In this document: in pieces, positions 49,895 to 62,250 of the stretch | Numbering within the stretch: position 1 is the first letter of the stretch | How the letters are laid out: each line of letters begins with the position of its first letter | Assembly: GCA_001949185.1 (NCBI GenBank) | Contig: BDGG01000005.1 | Coordinates: forward strand, 1,229,249-1,293,248 | Origin: Ramazzottius varieornatus | Taxonomy: Eukaryota > Animalia > Tardigrada | Direction of reading: 5' to 3' | Length of the DNA stretch: 64,000 nt | Position numbers and translations under genes: made by a program | The notes under the pieces: model-generated | The model's input: the letters and a program-made list of their open reading frames with translations, nothing else | Database searches by the model: none | Told to the model about the DNA's origin: nothing

Positions 49895-52800
49895 TCAAAC
49901 GGCTGTACGGGTTCGTGCTGACCGTCGCAGGGAACTACCAGTAGCGCCGTTAGTCTCTTCAGGGATATTCACTACTTCCTTGACTTTAGCTTTGGCAGCT
50001 GAATCCTCCTTCTCGCTCGACTTTGAGGATTGAGGTTCTTCCGCTTCGGCTTGTTCGTCTTCTTCCTCATCGTCTTGTTCTTCTTCCTCTTCTTCGCCAT
50101 CTTCATCTTCCGACATCTTGTCAGAGTGGTCCACTTCATCCTTCACCTCATCTTTCTGGTTTTCTGCAGGCGCGGTTTCTCCGTTGTTCTTCTGCTCATC
50201 AACCGTCACCGTTCGCCATTCCAAATCGGTCTCTGTCGACGCCTGATGTCGCTTCTTGTCTCGATATCGTTTGACGCTTTCGCGAGCAGCTTTGCGCTTC
50301 CTTTCCAGCTTAGCTTCTTCCAGCATTTCTTCGGTCATTTCTGCGAAAGAGAACCCAAACAATAAAAAGGGTGCGTTATTCTGCCAGACAGAAGAGAGTA
50401 AAATTTACGAGGAAGAGGGATACCAAGTTTGGAAAACCCGGCGCATACCTTGACCATCAACTACCGCCACGCCACCTGGAGAGTTCTTCTTGGCCAGTTG
50501 CAGAGCCAACTCCAGTGCGCGGCGCTTTCGTTGCGATTCGGACATTCTTTTCCTGATTTCTGCCTTTCTCAGTGCCTCCGGTGTGTTTTCTTCTACAAAA
50601 GATTACAACTCATACGAACTGTGAAATAACCGTTTGAAGTGATTATTTGTTCCTCACTGATGTCCTAACACACTGATACAGCGATCCTTACTGAACAACG
50701 GCAAGAGAACTCAAATGGCCGGATACGTCTGATTTCTTGCCTTCTTTAGACTTCATCATTGAATAATGCTTCGGTTTATAGACTGACCTAGGGTTGGGGT
50801 AGCAGGTGCTGGAATTCCTTTCAGAGATTTCTGTCGTTCCCGCCACAACCGTGTGGCTTCACAAGCTTGCTGACGTTTCCTCTCGATCGACTCGCTCCTT
50901 TCCTCCACTGTACCTGATAGTAACACGGTCAACGTCAATTTACCAGCCGAACTGCCAGCTGTGATAGAGCATACTTATATCGCCAGCCTTCGGCTCAAGA
51001 AGTCCCACAGAGCGCAACTTCTGCCGCTCTCTGTAGCGTCTCTGGCAATCCCGATTAAACTTCCTCTTCTTCTCCAGCTCGGTCATCTCCGAAATATCCT
51101 TCCCTGAAACAGCACACTCGTCACCAAGCTGGAAGACACTGCAGCAATCAAAGCCATAACTTACCTTCATAAGATGTCTGGTATCGTTTGTTGAGGACTA
51201 TTATCTGAGACGACGACAGTGAGCCGTCGACCAACTGAGAATTGTCATTCGGCGTACCTTCCGACAACAGTTCCGAGCCTTCTTGCGAACCCTCTTCTTC
51301 ATAAGAAGCCTCAGCTGCTTGAGGTGTCGTCATATTATTCTGCGAGCTAGCTAGATTGTTCGCTCGAGAAGGAGAAGTATGGGTAGCTCGTGTCGGTGTG
51401 GTATGTTGGGCAGAAGTGTGGACAACTCTGAGTGACTGTATCTGAGGGAACTCAAGAAGCCTTTGTTTAGCCAACTTTGCCATAACTCCGAACGGAGCAG
51501 ACTTCGGAATCAGTACTTTGACTGTATCGAACCCCGCCAAGTCAGAACTGCTACGTGCAAGAGAATCAGTGGAAGACTTTGTGCTGGGCTTGGAAGAGAT
51601 GGATGGTCGACCTAAAGCCTTGCTGTATCGCGTGGAATACCTGTGGAGAAATTGGAGGGTCAGACAGTTGTGCATGAAGCGAAAGAGAGCTGACGTTTGC
51701 TTACCAAACTTTGAGCTCGGCTCCTGGGAAGAGTTCTTTGGTGGTGGTGAAGTAGATGCCGTCGCCTTGTTGGTACGCCATGGTGTTGACATCGTCCGTG
51801 TCTTCGGCGAAGCGAACGAACTTCATCCAGTTGCAGAGATGGTCGGAAGTGAGGTCATAGATGGAAGTGATGCCTCCTTGTTCGTTTAGTAATGCGTACT
51901 TGAAGTGTCCACCTTGGGTAGCGGCGACTTCTTGCGCGACCAGAGGACCGTACATTGTCAGCATTTCGATCTTGGATCGAGCGAAAACTCCTGGCTCTGT
52001 ACACGAAAGAGCAAACGGTAGTACAATTTTTGCGAAATTTAAGACGAACTATGTTTCGATCGAATTCCCATCTGAAATCACCGTTGGGCGGGTAATTTTC
52101 TCACCCTAATAATCATCGAGATTTTCTCAACTGAAGGGCACGCTTGCTGAGATCCAGTAAAATAATGCTACATCACGCCTCTGCGTATGCGTGTAGGGGA
52201 TTGATTGCCGTTCCCTTGTTAAGCTATTCTTATTGTTGTTGATCCATTCCACGTTTGCGATAATTCACTGAGGAAAAAATCACCCGTCCATCGCTGTTTA
52301 AAATGATGTGAAAACAATGGGAAGATATGACATGGCAGCGACGTAATCCTATAGCATTCGCAAGACAACCTGGCAATTCCCTGTTTATTCTGTTCTCTCC
52401 ACCTTACACGATACCAAGGGTCTTGATGGGTTGGTTTTTGTTCTAGATGCAAAGAAGGGAAAGTCTGTCCATGTGCAGTTTTTTGTTGTTTTTTGTTCGC
52501 TATCTTTTCGCTTTTTGAGAACAGAAAATTGTCTTTCCAACAAAGATCCCTTACATTCCCGGTTCCACTCGCGCATTACATACTGGACATGTCATGCCAT
52601 GTTGCGTGTGACATCAGACTAACGATAAATTAACTAATTCAATTACCGATTACGTACCTTGATGGCTTGAATCGGTTCTAATTTCCAGGTTATACGGGAG
52701 CGAAAGGTGCGCTCGTGGGAGAATGACCTGATCTTCCACAATTTGCCCATGACGGACGCAGGGTCCATCCAGGACTTCCTTGCAAGATGGACACCCTGAA

Positions 52801-52913
52801 AGCAGAACGTCAAATCAAACGATGACGTCAATCAACCAACAAAGTAACATGACGCCATATTTACACAGCGCGTGATCGAAGATCTGCAGGCTGGGATCCG
52901 TCACCTCCGCCAT
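49895..52913 (-). CDS. PR/SET-domain protein (PRDM4/10/15-type zinc knuckle + PR) with basic-region C-terminus
   Basis: W|CPSCKEVLDGPCVRHG..PRAHLSLP knuckle, GVFARSKI..YGPL, CNWMKFVRFA..NTMAYQQGDGIYFTT..ELKVW|YSTRY. No C2H2 fingers seen. Confidence 0.8.
52388..52548 (+). mobile_element. Short 3'-end copy of the CRE-like retroelement at 10457-11405
   Basis: Shares CACCTTACA.GATA.CAAGGGTCTTGA...AAAGAAGGGAAAGTCTGTCCATGTG...TTCGCTATCTT.TCGCTTTTTGAGA with 11250-11400. Confidence 0.85.
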
Positions 52914-53667
52914 GGATGCTTCGCCCTGTTCTCCCGCCACTGGAAAAGAAGAAGAACCGTTTATCGGATATGTCAGGCTGGCTGCCTCGATGTCCGATCT
53001 TCCCGCCGGATATGAAAGAGGGTAAGGTAACCTTACTGGCTTACACCCTAACACGTTATCTGGCAGGTTACACCATTACAACTCTTGCTGCATGCGTTAT
53101 TCTCTTACCTGTGATTCCGTCGTCCAAACTGCACCTCTCTCAGCCTTGCCAGAACGTTGAAAAACGTCGTTCCGAACGCGGAGCAACCTTATGGCCCGAA
53201 GAGTTGTGCATAATCCGTGAGACAAGATGGATGTCAGTGTCATATACACGTTGTCAGTAGGTCGACTTGACTTGACATAGCCTCCATATATGACTTGAGG
53301 CAACTCACCATGACACGATAACGTAATCGTTACAATGACGTCACAAGCCACATCCCCTTCCACTTAACCACGAACCGCACGGAGATCATTCGAAAAGTTA
53401 AAAGTCATGTGATGTGACTCATGTCAGAGCCATTGTATGCAATCGAGTGAATCGACCATTGTCCAAGGTCCATTCTTCTCTTTCGGGATCGTGATGTTGA
53501 ATGTCAACACTACCACTTCTTGAAACGCTTCGCCATAGCTTGCTGAAAGCGTCCGACGGGTGAGTGAAGACTCATGCAACAAACGTGTAGCGTAAACAAG
53601 CGTGCTGTGCTCTTCTTTCTAGTGAACGCTGGACGACTAAAATATTCCACATTTCTCATCCTCGGCA

Positions 53668-55710
53668 ATGGCAACAGAAGAAGCAAACTCCTCCTTCTAC
53701 GGCAGTCCTCTGACGCCTGGTACGCCGGAAACATCTTTCATTCTCGCTGAACATTCCAGGATCTTCTCGGAAAACGGGTCACCGCCACCGTCTTTGCGTC
53801 GTAACGTGAGTGAATCTTCGGATGGCATTTTGGAGAACGTCATGGAGGATTTTCGTTATCCGTGGACTTTCAACAAGGGGGACGACTCCAGGAAATCACG
53901 TTCGAACAACGGCACTACCAATGGATCTCTTGCTTCTTCCAGCTCTCTAAACATTGCTCCAGATGTCGTTGACAGTCGCGATACAAACGGAAACAGCGCC
54001 AAGGAGGGAAACATCTCAAGCGTGTCAAAACAAGTTGCTGATACAGAAACCAGTTCAAATCCGCCAGGTAATTTTTCCTAGTGCTGTTTGTCTTGTGACG
54101 TTCATTGAAACAGGGCCTGCATGCTTACCCACCACGTTTCATCCTTTTTCCGCACGGCCCTGAGTGGCCACGGTTCACGATTAAAATTCGGTTCTCACAT
54201 TTGTTCCGGTTTCAGATCGAACTTCATCCGGATTTCTTCGACAGCCGAGTGGGACTGAGTTCACTCTTGAGCCAACAAGTGGTGAATCGGAGCCTCACGA
54301 AGAATTCCAGAAGATCTTCGAGCACTTCCCCGGTGGCCTGTCAACCGACGAGGTGGCTCATCGAGAAAGAATAGCCAGCTCGATCTCTCCGCTGGACGAC
54401 GGTGACGGCGGTCTCTTGACCAAACTGAAGCTGGGATCAAAGCAGACTACAGTACAACCATACCCACCAGTCCAGATTGTCGTCAAGGAAGAACCCAACT
54501 TACTCAAGCGTAACGGCGCGTCCAGCCGACATGTGAAGGAAGATCAACGTAAAAAGAGTTATTTAGAAGACTTCCCTAAATTGTAATGTATAAAGTTTGT
54601 TATCAGGTCATAAGAATGGTGATGGGGACAAGCCAGACGCCAATCCACGCAAGTTCGGACAGCCCGGCGTCTCCACAGCTCCGGCTCCGAAGGACCTGTA
54701 CTCGTACCGTTACAGCATGACTTACCCACGGCGTGGTTACGCGGTGATAATCAACAACCAGACTTTCACCATGCGTGACACGCCCTTCCGTAAAGGTAGT
54801 GACAGGGACGCAAAGTCCTTAGAGGTGGTTCTGTGGCAGCTGGGCTTTAAAGTCGACGTCTGGACGGACCTGACTGTTCGGGACATGAAAGACGCCATGA
54901 CGTACTACGCGGAAAAGGATCACTCAGACTGCGATGCCTTCTTCTTTGCTATGTTCAGTCATGGAGAAGAAGGTATCATCTATGGAACCGACGCAAAGAT
55001 CAGCCAGAAGTCCCTCTCGGCACCGTTCACGGCCGACAAGTGCAAGACGCTGGCTGGTAAACCAAAGATTTTTGTGTATCAAGTAAGTCTTCTTGGTATT
55101 TACGCAAACTCTGCAGGAAAAGTTTTGCAAGTGGCGCACCTTCTCAGCCAGTAACACCAAGAATGTCCGCCAACTGAAAAACAATTTGGACAAGATCGCT
55201 TCTCTAAGTGACGCACGCTTACAGCCAATAACACCTGTATTGTGTGCAACTTGGGAAAACTTCGGTTGAGTTTGTTTGCCGATACGCCCTTTGTCTGTCG
55301 TTCTCGATCCATTAGGTATATTGCCTGGCTTTTCTCAACAGGCTTGTCGAGGGGACAAACTGGACGAAGGTGTGGATTTGGTCGAAGCTGATGCTGGGAA
55401 CGTCGCGTGCCGTATTCCCACCGAGCAAGACTTCCTATTCGTTTACTCGACGGTTCCCGGGTACTTCTCTTGGCGCAATACAGAACAGGGTTCGTGGTTC
55501 ATTCAGCATCTTTGCCAGCTCATGAGCGAGCAGGCCACTTCGCCGGACATGGACTTCTTGAAGCTGTTGACTCGGGTCATCTACCAAGTAGGTATGGTCT
55601 GCGAGTCTAATGTCCCTGCCGATATGAAATGGCATCGCAAGAAACAAGTTCCTTCGTTTGAGTCCGCTCTGTCCAAAGACTTGTATTTTACCCCCAAGGC
55701 TCAGAAGTAA
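53668..55710 (+). CDS. Caspase, effector-type catalytic domain with long Ser-rich N-terminus, about 4 exons
   Basis: RGYAVIINN, RKGSDRDA, MFSHGEEG, LAGKPKIFVYQ|ACRG (intron 55083-55341), SWRNTEQGSWFIQ, KQVP...LSKDLYF. Confidence 0.93.
55118..55285. repeat. Intronic palindrome family A, double copy (caspase)
   Basis: CAAGTGGCGCAC..GTCCGCCA and GGACAAGATCGC..AAGTGACGCAC..ACTTGGGAAAAC..GAGTTTGTTTGCCG. Confidence 0.8.
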
Positions 55711-56692
55711 TATCCCCGTCCGTCTGCATGATAACTGATGGTGCCTTTTGTACAGTTCATTTTTCTGAACATACTGAATCAAAATATCGCGTTAAATTAT
55801 TCTGTCATGCTAAAATTTGCTTTAGTACATCGCTAGTTCGCTGTCATGTTCTGTGATTATTTTTACGTTAGATCATCTCGTTCGAGCTTATTTCGCATGT
55901 TTTAGAAGTGTCTTGTCCCTATCACCGTCACCTTTTTTGAACTGTCGCTTCTGTAAATAACATCACGATAAAAACTGAGAAAACTTCCTCGTCATCTTTC
56001 ACGACTGACATACAGTGCAGAGAATGCGTCCTTTCCGGTGATCATCTGGTTTTATGGTAGCAATCAATGGTAACGGACGTCACGTGACCACAAGAAGGGA
56101 TGCATTCTCTGCACAGTGCTACAATGGAGAAAGTGCTACCCTGCCCGTGAGCACGGGACGTGAAGCATCAACTAATGGAGCGAGAAACCATCTGATCACG
56201 GGCAGGGAAGCACTTTCTGCATTGTAGGCTTGCTCTTTGTAAGAGGTAACGGGGGCGCCATCTTGCGGTATTGGATGGGTGCAAGGGCGATACCGCCTGT
56301 AACTTGGTGGACCGGTGGTAACCAATGGAGTCTTTTGGTCATTGATTCAGAGATACGCCTACCGAGCCACTGGTCAGTGAGAAGCATCCCTTCGCGTAGG
56401 CCGAAGAATGCTGTTCTTCGCATAAATCTGGCACGTTTGCTCGTTTGTATAAGAAGTGTGAGATGCATCCGTAAATATTTGATCAAGCGCGAACATTTCA
56501 TTGGCATTAATTACTGGACGCGATCGTCACGATACACTTGATGAACTTGTCATCCTTACACTCCCAATTAACCCACCCGCTTGTTATTGCAGCGATCCTT
56601 GATTGATCTATCTTTCACCTCACAAACTGGTCCCCCTTGCACCTCATTGTAACTTCCGGGTTCCAGACAGTTTCTTCTACCTTTTACCGATA

Positions 56693-59600
56693 ATGGAACC
56701 GTCCAGAAACTGTGTTATGTCAGTAAATTTCCTGCATTTCATCCTGATCTCAGTCTTGGTGTCCGAAGTTTCACTTTATCAGCATTCCGGAGAGACCAAC
56801 TCGCCTCATGTCAGAACGCATTACAAACATCATTCGATACGGGAACTGCAAGGCGTCAAAGTCAAATGCATTTGCGAAAATGTTCGTTGCCAAAAGATAA
56901 AGAAGGACCAATGCAAGGGCGGTGTTGCTCTAGGTAAGATTATGGTCTTTTTGATAACTGGAACGTGGGCAAACGATACGAAACAGAGTGTTTTCCCCAG
57001 TGGCGCAAACGTCAGGAAAAACACAATAGATTCGTGCGCCACCTAGTCCAACGATCTGGTTCCACTTACTCGCCCACGTCTCAATTCATTCCCTTACTCT
57101 AAGGTGTTTTTTTTTCTTTTTAGATATTTGTGGATGTTGTCACATTTGTGCCAAAGTGGAGAACGAAAAGTGTGGAGGCTTCGACAACCTTCACGGTACT
57201 TGCGACAAGGGACTCGTTTGTAACGAAGCCGGGAACACTAACTCGATCTCGACTGGAGGTAGATGCGTCAATGAGGAAGAACCGATTTACAAAGGTAAAC
57301 TTTGACTGTACAATAGGATATCCTATCGGGTTTGGCGAGGGTAGAATAGATAATTAGTTTTGACAAAACAGCTGCTGCGGTCATTTTTCATCTCTTATCG
57401 GCAGTTTTTGGGCGACTTCCCGCAGTGCGCCATCGAGTCGAATGACACCCGCGGGCCGTGTTAGGAACGCGTATCAGTCAACACGCCTGTCGTTATTCCG
57501 ACCATCATCTCGATCTGGTCTTCTGCGCAGGGGCAGCAAGACCACCGATAAATTTAGTAAAACGCTTTGTTTTGAAGTATGAACTGTTCTTGATAATTAC
57601 GCCATAAATTTCGGTGACAGGGTGGTTCGCTCGGGTTGAATTGACCGCAACGGAACGCAGAAAAGGGCGTGAGCGGGGACGAAGGTAGCGAATTCTGCAG
57701 TGCACAAACTGCATCCCTACTCGTGGTCACGTGATCTCAGAGTATTAATCAACAGAAACTCACGTCGCGTGTGGGCATTAATTTTGTGAACTGTACTTGG
57801 AACCAATAACTGTATTGAGATTCGAGAATATGAAAGAAAACATAATTCACTTTGAAATGACAGGAAAGGACATTTTTTCAAGAATGAAAATGTCATTTCG
57901 ATCAGGCTGATGAACACCGAATGGAGTGACCTTTGATCGTATAGCTTGCGCTTTTCTCTGGAGGTACTTGGCATGTTTTCTTTGTTTTGCAGGCATCGCT
58001 TATGAAAGTTTGACCCTGGCAGATGAAGCTCTGAAAGAGACAACGAAAGATGTTTGCCAACCGAAATGCACGCCGGACTTTTGCTTGAAAAACCGCACCG
58101 CCATCTGCTCTGCCCTGTGAGTATCAATGTCAAAACCATGTTAAGGAAACGGGACATAAGTGAAAAATACACAGGGCAATATGCACAAACAAACATTGCC
58201 GGCAAAGACGTCAGAGAGACGTTCTGCCATTTTTACACCACGAAAGGCGCTTCTTGATAGATAGACTTAACGTGTCCGTAACGAAGAAGTCACGCTTTAT
58301 TTATTCAGCAGCCAGCATTAGCGTAATGCCGCCTCAAAGAGGGGAAACCTCACTCACTCACTCACTCACTCATTCACCTCATGTCGCTAACACCTTGCTA
58401 TCCTTGTCTTGAACGGTGCCGACAAAGATTAGCGCACAAGAAAATTCCCTACATAAGCAGCGCTTTATCCGAATAACCAGCCTGAGCTTGAGCCCCTTTT
58501 ATTCCGGCTTCCCTCTTCACTGATGATGAAACGAGGAAGCAGATTGGGTAAAAGGCCGATGCCGGCGGCCGTTGTCAGTCATAACGTTCCAGGGGGTCAA
58601 TCCCTAAAATGCTGGCCGCGGTCAACCTCCTTATCATCACTCACTCACTCACTCACTCACTCACTCACTCACTCACCGGGCTATCTCCTGGTCTCATTCA
58701 TTCAACCCAGTTCTCCGTGGTAACACAGTTTCATTGTTTTATGAGCTCACGAGAAGCCGGAGTCGATCCAATACACGAGCCCCGTTGAAGGCGGAGACGC
58801 TTCGTAGAGCATTGTACAGGTAGAATGCAGAACGCCTGTCCGTCTCCACTATATTGTGCAGCAGACCCGTCAGTTTTCCGATATACCTGTAAACTCGTGC
58901 AAATTCGGAACTGTGAACCAGGAAGCCGAATACAGAGCGCAAGTTTTTTGTTGGCATTCTGGGGCCAGGGCAATTCAGCTGGAGTCGAAGAGTTTTAGCG
59001 CAGTTAAGCTTCACCCTAAAGTAGATTTTGTGGTGTAGGTATCCGGAGAAACCAGTTTCCCACCTTCTGGTTGGAAACGGGAAACAACTTTGGCCAGATA
59101 ATTATGGCTAAGCACTCGACAAGGCGGTTCTCTTTGATAGCTGATCCCATACCTTGAGGCCAGGTAGGGGGTCGGGGTACTTGGGATAGCTGGCCTCTTC
59201 GCACCTGTAGCCACCCTGTGGAAAGACTATTCAGACAGATGTGTTAAGTGGGTAATGGCAGCCATACAAGTACATTACGCGCCGTTCCACCAAAGAAGGT
59301 CTAGATAATTAAAATGCAACTAGCTACGGTAGTCAGTTATCACCATTGTCTCTTCCGGGCCGATTTCAAGTGGGGACGCTGAACAGAGCTAACGAGTAGG
59401 CTGGGTGCGCGTGATCGCCGTAATTGACCATGATCCACTCATCGAGGAGTCTTTGTGGAACAATGGGACTACATGATGAAGTACGGTCACATACTGGGCC
59501 AATAGGCACCTCCACAATAGGTGACGAGACGACATGAGAACCCACCCAGGCCACAAAGCACACCGACTCACCATCAGGTCCCTGAAGTGCAACCGCTAAG

Positions 59601-60816
59601 AACATTTCGCCAAGCAAGTCGATACCGATAATACGGCCCACTAGGGCGAAGCAAACCTTCAAACCTAAGGTATCAGAAAAAATTGCAGAAGATTGACGCT
59701 ACCTTTCACGTGAGACGGGAAATTATGGGACAGTAAAAATCATAGGACAGGCCTTTTCGCTATGGCGGTACGGAGGCAGGTATGTACACGGCAGATTCGC
59801 ACTAAATTCTAATGCACATTTCGACGCTTCTCTACGGTCAATTTTCCATTTTTGCCCGTCCTTTCCGCCTGTCCCATATTTTTCACGCTACCATAATTTC
59901 TCGTCGAACGTGTATAGTTTTTTGTCCCTGCCGGACATGTCAAGTCCTCGGAAATATGCGAGGTGCGGGTCCCCGATTTAGGACATTTTGATACGGTGGC
60001 TGCAGTATGTAGGGACAAAGTCAGTTTCAACGATTGGTCTTTACGACGAATGGGATTTAGAGCAGTGTTCGGTGACTTTATCGTTTCGTTTGGTGCGGAC
60101 CCAATGCATGGGCAAGTTAGCTATCGTAAAAAGTTCATTAATACCTCCGCTCTGTCATCGAGCCAGTCAGTAAGCTCATTCAGTATGATGTGCTCTCGAC
60201 ATTATTCATCGTTGAGGCCATTGTGATGAGAAGATAACTCCTAATTTGCTCTGGGTATGGGTGTGCAGGGGGGGAAAGGGATCAGTCGGATGACCACACA
60301 TCGTGATCTTGAGCACATTCCGCACACTCCGCATCCAGTAATCTCGGACGAACGAATGCAGCAGACACTTGAGAAGGCTTTGCTTGGAACACTACGAGTA
60401 CCTGATTAAGATTTTACCTAATTTGTATCTATTAATATGTCTTTCTTCCGCAGTGACAATGCGGATGAAGCAAAGACTTGCCAAGAAAAGTGCCAGCATA
60501 CGTCCTGCTCTGCTTGTCGTTTCGTTAATCACTCTCCGGAACAATGCCCTAAATGCGGGAAAGACGACTTCCCCTGCATGAAAAGATATGGACGCTGCAT
60601 TCGGAAGAAGACTTGTCAGAAACGAAAATTTCCTTGCAGCACTTCCTTAAAGAGGCTTCCAAAGGTAAATTTTTCCTCTAAACGTGGATTCCGGCTCAAC
60701 CATGAAATAGAATTGTATTGAGGAGCCCCATTGACCTTTCAGCTATCTTACAGGACGAAGGCGGAAAATATCAGTGTTTGATACCGGACTGTCCAGACCA
60801 TTTCGCCTCTTTATGA
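56693..60816 (+). CDS. Secreted Cys-rich protein with IGFBP N-terminal domain
   Basis: Signal peptide, CKGGVALD|ICGCCHICAK..CGG..GTCDKGLVC (IB domain), further Cys-rich exons at ~57993-58116, ~60454-60664 and 60754-60816. Confidence 0.75.
56965..57080. repeat. Intronic palindrome family A (IGFBP-domain gene)
   Basis: CGTGGGC..CAGTGGCGCA..GTGCGCCAC..GCCCACG. Confidence 0.75.
58351..58676. repeat. Two (CACT)n microsatellites (58351-58372, 58637-58676)
   Basis: Tetranucleotide runs directly visible within an intron. Confidence 0.9.
59714..59905. repeat. Intronic inverted-repeat element (MITE-like)
   Basis: GACGGGAAATTATGG..AAAAAT..GGACAGGC mirrored by GCCTGTCCCATATTTTT..CCATAATTTCTCGTC. Confidence 0.6.
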
Positions 60817-61256
60817 AAACACGGCAGACAGACTCTTGATGTCAAAGATACTGTAAATTACCCGTGATCATTTGTTCAGCACCTACGCAATGTAAATTAT
60901 TCGGACCGCATTTTCAACAGGACTTCTGTATCGTCTGGTTACCCCAACATTTAGTTCATCACTGCTCAGATTAGACAGAACATCAAAGTCCAAAAACAGA
61001 ACATGTTTTTTATACTGTATGTGTCAGCATTTTGCGACGCTTTATAAGCACTAAATACCACTATAAAATGGCGTATAAGAAAGTTTTCATGCTCCTTCCG
61101 AAGTCACAGCAGAGACCCAGCAAGAATAAAAATGGCGTACCATCACGAAACACAGTTCAAAAAGAGCCGTACTGCCCGATTGTCACGAAAAATATCCGAA
61201 GAGGACAACGTAATCTCACCAGAGAACAAAAATGATAACCCCTTCAATTTCCGTTT

Positions 61257-62250
61257 CTATGCAGCTTCCCGCACAGGTTCTGCCTGGGCACCAGCAGGCG
61301 GAGGTTGCGCCGGCGGTGCTGCCGCCGGTGGAACCGGAGGAGGCGCTGCAGCTGGGACAGGTACAGCCATAACAGGATGTTCTACTTCTTGAGGCGGTTT
61401 CCTCACTGGCACATACAGTTTGAACTCATGTGGTACTTCCTCTTCTGAATATAACCGATCAGCAAAGTATATCCTCCGAAGTCGACAGTTCGCATGTACC
61501 TGGGGGATACCAACGGATAAAATCATGGTTGGCCCGACAGTTGAACTGCTTCCACAAAGACTGACCGTTATTCTGAGAGTTTCCACATAGTTTGTGCCGT
61601 ACGCTCTCCGGACGAAATCGGACAAATTAAACTGAACTTGGTTCCATCCATCGTCTAACCGCAGAGGCATTGTGCAGATAAAGGGTTTCACGCGGGTGGC
61701 GGTTTGGTAGTTACTAGCGCGGAAACGCCTCCGAACATTCTTGTCGTCTATCACCTTCGGGGACCGGAAGTAAAATTTTAGTCTGGGCGAACAGTAAAAC
61801 ACAGTGCTCAGTTGATACAAAGCACACCTGGATTTCGAATGTGAAGTATTTCTTCAGGTTTTTCACGATCATTACAAGAAAAGGTAGTTTTATCCCCAAA
61901 ACTTGCTTTTTCTCTGACGGGCAGGTAATCCAAGTCGTACTAAAATGAGCGGCATGCAAGTAAAGTTAAAGACAATTTTCCACAAGTCTAGATAGACTCT
62001 AAAAGTCACCTCACGTTGCTGCTGAGGAGTTCGAGGACTAGGCTCTGCACATCGATGTCCGTTATTCGTTTGATGTGTCCATTGTGAACCTGGAACAAAA
62101 TTCTTTGGTGGAAAAACAAACACAAACACGAAGAAACGATGCAGATAGCAGAAAAAGCAACCATACATCCGAAGTCCACAGTTTAAGCGGCTTGCTTCCA
62201 ACACTGTACAGTATGGACATAAATCCGCTCTGAAAAGTATTCCGAAACAT
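61257..62250 (-). CDS. CFAP20: Cilia- and flagella-associated protein 20 (BUG22)
   Basis: [88 protein letters not shown]. Confidence 0.96.

Noticed and set aside
2435-57080. CRISPR-like reading of conserved repeats around variable spacers
   Set aside because: Repeats are inverted and dispersed, the loops are mutually related, there are no cas genes, and the DNA is eukaryotic.
2418-57123. Family A as Introner (intron-creating) elements
   Set aside because: The element does not span whole introns; splice sites lie in unrelated flanking sequence outside it.
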